A stretch of 64,000 nt of DNA from Intrasporangium sp. (GTDB taxonomy: Bacteria; Actinomycetota; Actinomycetes; Actinomycetales; Dermatophilaceae). The stretch covers positions 36,915 to 100,914 of the forward strand of contig NZ_JBQCCV010000125.1 of assembly GCF_051961875.1 (NCBI RefSeq). The letters run 5' to 3'. Shown here one piece after another: positions 58,298 to 64,000 of the stretch. The notes below the pieces were generated by a model. It saw only the letters and a program-made list of their open reading frames with translations. It ran no database searches and had not been told where the DNA came from. Positions within the stretch are counted from its first letter, which is position 1, and the number at the start of each line of letters is the position of its first letter. A program made the position numbers and the translations under genes.

Positions 58298-59008
58298 GTG
58301 TACGTCTACCGGGACCGGGTCGATGCCGGCCGCAGGTTGGGGGAGTCGCTCGCGGACCTGTCGCTCCGGGACCCCGTCGTCCTCGGCCTGCCGCGCGGTG
58401 GCGTGCCAGTCGCGGCCCAGGTCGCACGCCGCCTCGGTGCCCCCCTCGACGTCGTCGTCGTGCGCAAGCTCGGCGTGCCGAGCCAGCCGGAGCTGGCCAT
58501 GGGCGCCATCGGTGAGGAAGGGGGGCGGGTCGTCGACGCGCGGATCATGCGGGCGGCCCGGGTCGACGAGCGGCGCCTCGCCGAGGTCGAGGACCAGGAG
58601 CGTGAAGTCCTGCAGGATCGGGTTGCCCGCCTCCGGCGGGGCCGGCCCCGCGCCGAGCTCTCCGGCCGGACGGCGGTCATCGTCGACGACGGCATCGCGA
58701 CCGGCGCGACGGCCCGGGTCGCCTGCCTCGTCGTCCGGGCGCTCGGGGCGCGGCAGGTCGTCGTGGCCGTTCCGGTCGGCCCACCGGACATCGACGACCG
58801 GATGCCCGAGGCCGACGCGGTCGTCTGCCTCGAGAAGCCGTGGGGCTTCCGGGCCGTCGGTGGCGCCTACGACGACTTCGACGCGACCACGGACGATGAG
58901 GTGGAGCGGCTGCTCGAGGCGGCCCATCCCGGCTCAGGCGGTCCCGCTGCCGACCCGGAGAATGGTGAGGCCCTGCGATCTCACACATCGCAGGGCCGGG
59001 ACCATTGA
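58298..59008 (+). CDS. Type I phosphoribosyltransferase-like protein
   Basis: AGGAGG RBS; YRDR.DAG..L, LGLPRGGVPV, RKLG.P, VIVDDGIATG.T. Confidence 0.87.
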   Translation: MYVYRDRVDAGRRLGESLADLSLRDPVVLGLPRGGVPVAAQVARRLGAPLDVVVVRKLGVPSQPELAMGAIGEEGGRVVDARIMRAARVDERRLAEVEDQEREVLQDRVARLRRGRPRAELSGRTAVIVDDGIATGATARVACLVVRALGARQVVVAVPVGPPDIDDRMPEADAVVCLEKPWGFRAVGGAYDDFDATTDDEVERLLEAAHPGSGGPAADPENGEALRSHTSQGRDH

Positions 59009-59081
59009 ACACGCCCTACCCGGCGATCTCCGAATCGACACGCTGCCCGGCAAGGGAGGAGCACCCCATAGGATCGCGGGC

Positions 59082-59660
59082 ATGACCGACCAGAACGGGG
59101 AGACGCCGTCCTCGGTGCGCATCGAGGACGTGGACGACCTCGTCCACGTGGACGACGGCTTCGAGCGACTCTGGACGCCCCATCGGATGGCGTACATCGC
59201 GGGGGAGAAGCCCACGGATGAGGCCGGCCACGGCTGCCCGTTCTGCACGGCCTCGGGCAAGGACGACGCCGAGGGGCTCATCGTCCACCGCGGTGAGCAC
59301 TGCTACGTGGTGATGAACCTCTTCCCCTACAACCCCGGACACGTCCTCGTCTGCCCGTACCGCCACGTGTCGCTCTACGTCGACCTGACCGACCAGGAGA
59401 CGGCGGAGTTCACCCTCCTGACGAAGCAGGCCATCCGGGCCCTGCAGTCGGCCTCCGAGCCGCACGGGTTCAACATCGGCATGAACCAGGGCGCGGTGGC
59501 CGGGGCCGGCGTCGCGGCACACCTGCACCAGCACGTCGTCCCGCGTTGGGCGGGCGACATGAACTTCCTGCCGATCGTCGGGCAGACCAAGGCGCTGCCC
59601 GTGCTCCTCGAGGACACGCGCGAGCAGATCGTCTCCAACTGGCCCGGCGCCGGTCAGTAG
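59082..59660 (+). CDS. HIT family protein (Ap4A phosphorylase, Rv2613c-like)
   Basis: RLWTPHRM.YI, CPFC, NLFPYNPGH, AHLHQHVVPRW. Confidence 0.92.
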   Translation: MTDQNGETPSSVRIEDVDDLVHVDDGFERLWTPHRMAYIAGEKPTDEAGHGCPFCTASGKDDAEGLIVHRGEHCYVVMNLFPYNPGHVLVCPYRHVSLYVDLTDQETAEFTLLTKQAIRALQSASEPHGFNIGMNQGAVAGAGVAAHLHQHVVPRWAGDMNFLPIVGQTKALPVLLEDTREQIVSNWPGAGQ

Positions 59661-59672
59661 GCTGACGACACC

Positions 59673-60296
59673 ATGCTCAACCGTCTGCTGCGGGCAACGT
59701 TCACCAAGTTGCTCAGCCCGATCGCGCACGTGCTCCTGAGGCTCGGCGTCAGCCCTGACGTCGTCACGATCGTCGGCACCCTGGGCGTCTGCGCCGGCGC
59801 TCTCGTCTTCTTCCCCCGCGGGCAGCTCTGGATCGGCGTGCTCGTCATCACCGCTTTCGTCTTCTCCGACACCGTCGATGGCATCATGGCCCGGGCGTCC
59901 GGGCGGTCGAGCAAGTGGGGCGCCTACCTCGACTCCACGCTGGACCGGGTCGGCGACGCGGCCGTCTTCGGCGGCCTCGTCCTCTACTTCACCCGCGACG
60001 GGGACAGCTCGCTCATGGCCGGCCTCGCCCTCGCCTGCCTCATCCTCGGCAGCGTCGTCTCCTACGCCAAGGCACGGGCCGAAGGACTCGACTTCACCGC
60101 CAACGTCGGCATCGCGGAGCGGGCCGACCGCCTCGTCGCTGTCCTGGTCGCGGCCTTCTTCGCCGACGTCTTCGACGTCCCGGTCCTGCTCGGTGCCGTC
60201 CTCGGCCTGCTCGCCGTCGCCAGCCTTGTCACGGTCGTCCAGCGGATGCTGACGGTGCGCCGTCAGGCGCTGGCCGCGGGGGAGGTCTCGCGGTGA
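59673..60296 (+). CDS. pgsA: Phosphatidylinositol phosphate synthase
   Basis: CDP-alcohol phosphotransferase motif D..DG.MAR......WGA.LDSTLDR; PIM operon position. Confidence 0.92.
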   Translation: MLNRLLRATFTKLLSPIAHVLLRLGVSPDVVTIVGTLGVCAGALVFFPRGQLWIGVLVITAFVFSDTVDGIMARASGRSSKWGAYLDSTLDRVGDAAVFGGLVLYFTRDGDSSLMAGLALACLILGSVVSYAKARAEGLDFTANVGIAERADRLVAVLVAAFFADVFDVPVLLGAVLGLLAVASLVTVVQRMLTVRRQALAAGEVSR

Positions 60297-61264
60297 GACG
60301 TGCCCCCCTCGGCGGTCGGCTCACGGGTGCTGCGAGCGTGCTCGGGTTCCGCCTCGGCTGGTCGGCCGTGCGCGCGATGCCCGAGCGAGCGGCATACGGG
60401 CTGTTCGCGCGGATCGCCGACGTGGCCGTCTGGCGGGGTGGGAAGGGCATCGAGCGGCTCCGGAGCAACTACGCCAGGGTGCGCCCAGAGCTGACGCCCG
60501 CCGAGCTCGACGAGCTCGTCCACGACGGCATGCGCTCGTACATGCGCTACTACTGCGAGGCCTTCCGGCTGCCGTCCCTGCGTCCGGAGCAGATCGACCG
60601 TGCGGCGAGGGTCACCGGCTTCGAGGAGATGCGCGATACGTGTCGGGCCGGCGGCACGGCGATCGTCTTTGTCGGGCACCTCGGCAACTTCGACATGGCG
60701 GCGGCCTGGTCGGCCCGCAACCTTGCCCCGGTGACCACCGTCGCGGAGCGCCTCAAGCCGGAGGAGGTCTTCCAGGACTTCGTCGCCTTCCGCAACAGCA
60801 TCCAGATGGACATCATCCCCCTCGAGGGCGGGGACAACCCGTTCCACGAGCTGCTCCGGGCGGCCAAGAAGGGCGGCCGGCTCATCGCCCTCGCGAGCGA
60901 CCGCGACCTGACCGCCAACGGCGTGGAGGTCGACTTGCTCGGGCACCGGGCACGGATGGCGAAGGGCCCTGCCCTCCTCTCGCTGATGACCGGTTCCCCC
61001 CTGTATGCCGCGCGCGTCCACTACGAGAAGGCTCCGCACGGCGAGGGGTTGGGTGGCTACCGCACGCTCGTCGAGGTGAGCCCGCGCCTCACCCCGCGCG
61101 TCAGCGGCGGCACCGCCGAGCTCGCCCAGGACCTCGTGCAGCAGTGTGCGGACCACCTCGCGGAGACCATCCGCTCGCACACGAGCAGCTGGCACATGCT
61201 GCAGCGGGTGTTCGTCGACGACCTCGACCCCGTCCGCGCGCCGGCACGAGGGGCTGTCACGTGA
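60293..61264 (+). CDS. patA: Phosphatidylinositol mannoside acyltransferase
   Basis: GTGA overlap; SYMRYYCEAFRLP, HLGNFD, VAERLKP, WHMLQ. Confidence 0.88.
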   Translation: MRRAPLGGRLTGAASVLGFRLGWSAVRAMPERAAYGLFARIADVAVWRGGKGIERLRSNYARVRPELTPAELDELVHDGMRSYMRYYCEAFRLPSLRPEQIDRAARVTGFEEMRDTCRAGGTAIVFVGHLGNFDMAAAWSARNLAPVTTVAERLKPEEVFQDFVAFRNSIQMDIIPLEGGDNPFHELLRAAKKGGRLIALASDRDLTANGVEVDLLGHRARMAKGPALLSLMTGSPLYAARVHYEKAPHGEGLGGYRTLVEVSPRLTPRVSGGTAELAQDLVQQCADHLAETIRSHTSSWHMLQRVFVDDLDPVRAPARGAVT

Positions 61265-62436
61265 GGATCGGGATCGTCTGCCCCTACTCGTTCGACCTGC
61301 CCGGCGGGGTGCAGTTCCACGTCCGGGACCTCGCGGAGTACTTCCTCGGCGACGGCCACGACGTCTCGGTCCTCGCGCCAGCCGACAGCGACACGGAGCT
61401 GCCCGAGTACGTCGTCTCGGCGGGTCGGGCGACCCCGGTCCGCTACAACGGGTCGGTGGCGCGGCTGAACTTCGGACCGGTCACGGCGGGCAAGGTGAGC
61501 CGGTGGCTCGACCACGGGGAGTTCGACGTCCTCCACCTGCACGAACCGGTCACCCCGAGCGTCAGTGTCCTTGCGCTGCTCGCGGCCGACGGCCCCATCG
61601 TCGCGACCTTCCACACCTCGATGGTCCGGTCGCGCACCATGCAGACCGCCTACCCGCTCGTGCGCCCCAGCCTCGAGAAGATCGCCGGCCGGATCGCGGT
61701 CAGCGAGGACGCCCGCCGGACCGTGACGACCCACATCGGGGGCGACGCCGTCGTCATCCCGAACGGCGTCTACGTCGACCGCTTCGCCCGCGCCCCGAAG
61801 CGAGCCGAGTGGGTCGGCACGGCGGAGCGGCCGACGATCGCCTTCCTCGGCCGGATGGCGGAGCCGCGCAAGGGCCTGCCCGTCCTCGCCGCCGCCCTGC
61901 CCGAGGTGCTGCGCGAGCTCCCGGGCCTGCGTGTCCTGGTCGCCGGCCCCGGAGACGTCGAGCATGTCACCGACGGGATGCCCCCCGGTGTCGCCGACGC
62001 CTGCGAGTTCCTCGGCGCCGTCTCCGATGAGGACAAGGCCTCCCTGCTCGCCTCCGTCGACGTCTACGTCGCCCCGAACACCGGCGGCGAGAGCTTCGGC
62101 ATCATCCTCATCGAGGCCATGTCCGCCGGGTCGTGCGTGCTCGCGAGCGACCTGCCCGCCTTTTCCCGGGTGCTCGACGGCGGACGGGCCGGGGCACTGT
62201 TCCGCAACGAGGAGCCGGCCCACCTGGCCCACGCGCTCCTCGCCCTGCTCGGCGACCCTGAGCGGCGCGCGGTGCTGGCCGAGGCCGGCCGGCAGCGGGC
62301 CCGACAGTTCGACTGGTCGGTCGTCGCGGCCAAGATCATGGCGGTCTACGAGACCGTCATCGAGGGACGCAGCGCTGCGCTCACCCCGCCCGCCGGCCGG
62401 TGGAGCCGGTTCCTGCGCGGAGGACTGGGCCGATGA
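61261..62436 (+). CDS. pimA: Phosphatidyl-myo-inositol mannosyltransferase (GT4)
   Basis: RIGIVCPYSFD.PGGVQ.H, HLHEP, RKG, GGESFGIIL.EAMSAG. Confidence 0.92.
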   Translation: MRIGIVCPYSFDLPGGVQFHVRDLAEYFLGDGHDVSVLAPADSDTELPEYVVSAGRATPVRYNGSVARLNFGPVTAGKVSRWLDHGEFDVLHLHEPVTPSVSVLALLAADGPIVATFHTSMVRSRTMQTAYPLVRPSLEKIAGRIAVSEDARRTVTTHIGGDAVVIPNGVYVDRFARAPKRAEWVGTAERPTIAFLGRMAEPRKGLPVLAAALPEVLRELPGLRVLVAGPGDVEHVTDGMPPGVADACEFLGAVSDEDKASLLASVDVYVAPNTGGESFGIILIEAMSAGSCVLASDLPAFSRVLDGGRAGALFRNEEPAHLAHALLALLGDPERRAVLAEAGRQRARQFDWSVVAAKIMAVYETVIEGRSAALTPPAGRWSRFLRGGLGR

Positions 62437-62984
62437 CCGAGACACTCACCTGGGTCTTCGCGGCGCTCTTCGTCCTCGTCATGATCGCCTGGTACCTCAC
62501 CTACACCGCTGCCCGCCTCGACCGGCTCCACGTCCGGCTCACCGGCACGGTCGCGGCCCTCGACGCGCAGCTGGTGCGGCGGGCGGAGGCCTCGGTCGAG
62601 CTCGCCAACAGTGGGCTGGTCGACGGTGCCACGGCCCTCATCCTGGCCGGCGCGGCGGCCCAGTCGCTCGAGACCCCGGACGTGGACGGCGAGATCCGGG
62701 AGGCGGTCGAGAGCGACCTCACCGAGGTCCTGAGCCTCACCCTCACGCCCGAGCTCGTCGACCACCTCCGGCTGTCCGGGCCGCTGGGGGAGGACCACCT
62801 CGACCGGCTCTCCTCGGCCTGTACCCGGGTCCAGCTCGCGCGGCGCTTCCACAACGACGCGGTGACCGATGTCCGAAGGGTCCGGCGCCAGCTCGTCGTC
62901 CGGCTCTTCCACCTCGCCGGTCACACCCCGATGCCGGTCACCGTCGAGTTCAACGACGAGGTCCCACCCGGCCTGGAGCGGTGA
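62433..62984 (+). CDS. LemA-like membrane-anchored hypothetical protein
   Basis: N-terminal TM; RLDRLH.R......[15 protein letters not shown]; usual gene after pimA. Confidence 0.75.
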   Translation: MTETLTWVFAALFVLVMIAWYLTYTAARLDRLHVRLTGTVAALDAQLVRRAEASVELANSGLVDGATALILAGAAAQSLETPDVDGEIREAVESDLTEVLSLTLTPELVDHLRLSGPLGEDHLDRLSSACTRVQLARRFHNDAVTDVRRVRRQLVVRLFHLAGHTPMPVTVEFNDEVPPGLER

Positions 62985-63081
62985 CGGCCGCAGCCATGGA
63001 CGGGCGGTCGGGGCGCGCAGGTTCCGGCCGTACCCTTTTCTGCATCCGCAGACGAACGCCTCATCGAGAAAGCAGGAGACC

Positions 63082-64000
63082 GTGAGCAGCACTGGCACGA
63101 CGGGCACGACGCCCACGTCCGAGACGGGCACCGGCACGACCCGCGTCAAGCGCGGGATGGCCGAGATGCTCAAGGGCGGCGTCATCATGGACGTCGTCAC
63201 CCCCGACCAGGCGAAGATCGCCGAGGACGCCGGGGCCGTCGCCGTCATGGCGCTCGAGCGCGTCCCGGCCGACATCCGGGCCCAGGGTGGCGTCTCCCGG
63301 ATGAGCGACCCGGACATGATCGACGGCATCATCAGCGCGGTCTCGATCCCGGTCATGGCCAAGGCGCGGATCGGCCACTTCGTGGAGGCCCAGGTGCTGC
63401 AGAGCCTCGGCGTCGACTACATCGACGAGTCCGAGGTGCTGACGCCGGCCGACTACGCCAACCACATCGACAAGTGGGCCTTCACGGTTCCCTTCGTCTG
63501 CGGCGCGACCAACCTGGGCGAGGCCCTCCGCCGGATCACCGAGGGCGCGGCGATGATCCGCTCCAAGGGCGAGGCCGGCACCGGCGACGTCTCCAACGCG
63601 ACGACCCACATGCGCTCGATCCGCGCCGAGATCCGGCGCCTGCAGAACCTCCCCGAGGACGAGCTCTACGTCGCCGCCAAGGAGCTGCAGGCGCCCCACG
63701 ACCTCGTCGTCGAGGTCGCCCGTGCGGGCAAGCTGCCCGTCGTGCTCTTCACGGCCGGCGGCATCGCCACCCCCGCGGACGCCGCGATGATGATGCAGCT
63801 CGGTGCCGAGGGCGTCTTCGTCGGCTCGGGCATCTTCAAGTCCGGCGACCCCGCCAAGCGGGCCGAGGCGATCGTCAAGGCGACGACCTTCTACGACGAC
63901 CCGGACGTCATCGCGAAGGTCTCCCGCGGCCTGGGTGAGGCGATGGTCGGCATCAACGTCGACGAGATCCCGCAGCCGCACCGGCTCGCCGAGCGCGGCT
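63082..64000 (+). CDS. pdxS: Pyridoxal 5'-phosphate synthase lyase subunit (runs off the window just before its stop)
   Basis: [38 protein letters not shown]-like [20 protein letters not shown]. Missing from the ORF track because it has no stop in the window. Confidence 0.96.
   Translation, partial: MSSTGTTGTTPTSETGTGTTRVKRGMAEMLKGGVIMDVVTPDQAKIAEDAGAVAVMALERVPADIRAQGGVSRMSDPDMIDGIISAVSIPVMAKARIGHFVEAQVLQSLGVDYIDESEVLTPADYANHIDKWAFTVPFVCGATNLGEALRRITEGAAMIRSKGEAGTGDVSNATTHMRSIRAEIRRLQNLPEDELYVAAKELQAPHDLVVEVARAGKLPVVLFTAGGIATPADAAMMMQLGAEGVFVGSGIFKSGDPAKRAEAIVKATTFYDDPDVIAKVSRGLGEAMVGINVDEIPQPHRLAERG

Noticed and set aside
1927-63981. Long antisense and alternate-frame ORFs in the track (e.g. 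1927-3624, 17041-18609, 48739-50628, 51033-52844, 63061-63981)
   Set aside because: Shadow ORFs typical of high-GC DNA. They overlap genes with clear family motifs and have no motifs of their own.

Overview
High-GC actinobacterial chromosome segment, most like Micrococcales/Intrasporangiaceae (inferred from gene order and codon style). Mostly housekeeping genes: dxs; a HAAT-type ABC transporter with a hydrolase, a GAF-PucR regulator and 3-hydroxybutyrate dehydrogenase; an XRE-HTH::MurA fusion; rnd; a hemE-murJ / hemY-hemQ heme locus; msrB; ppk2; four tRNAs (Gly-Cys-Val cluster plus a separate Val-CAC); fadA2-fabG4-MaoC; and thrS-HIT-pgsA-patA-pimA-pdxS. An accessory stretch after the tRNA cluster carries a GH12 lipoprotein, a DEAD-box helicase and a complete actinobacterial gas-vesicle cluster. 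No integrase, transposase or CRISPR array was seen. The strongest leads are: (1) a 9-mer, GCGGCATAC, found 18 times by hand count on both strands, including an inverted pair forming a hairpin; (2) a perfect 20-bp palindrome over the start codon of the HTH-MurA fusion; (3) two in-frame TAG codons interrupting the anticodon-binding domain of thrS; (4) a four-hairpin putative sRNA downstream of thrS. All counts and coordinates are manual.
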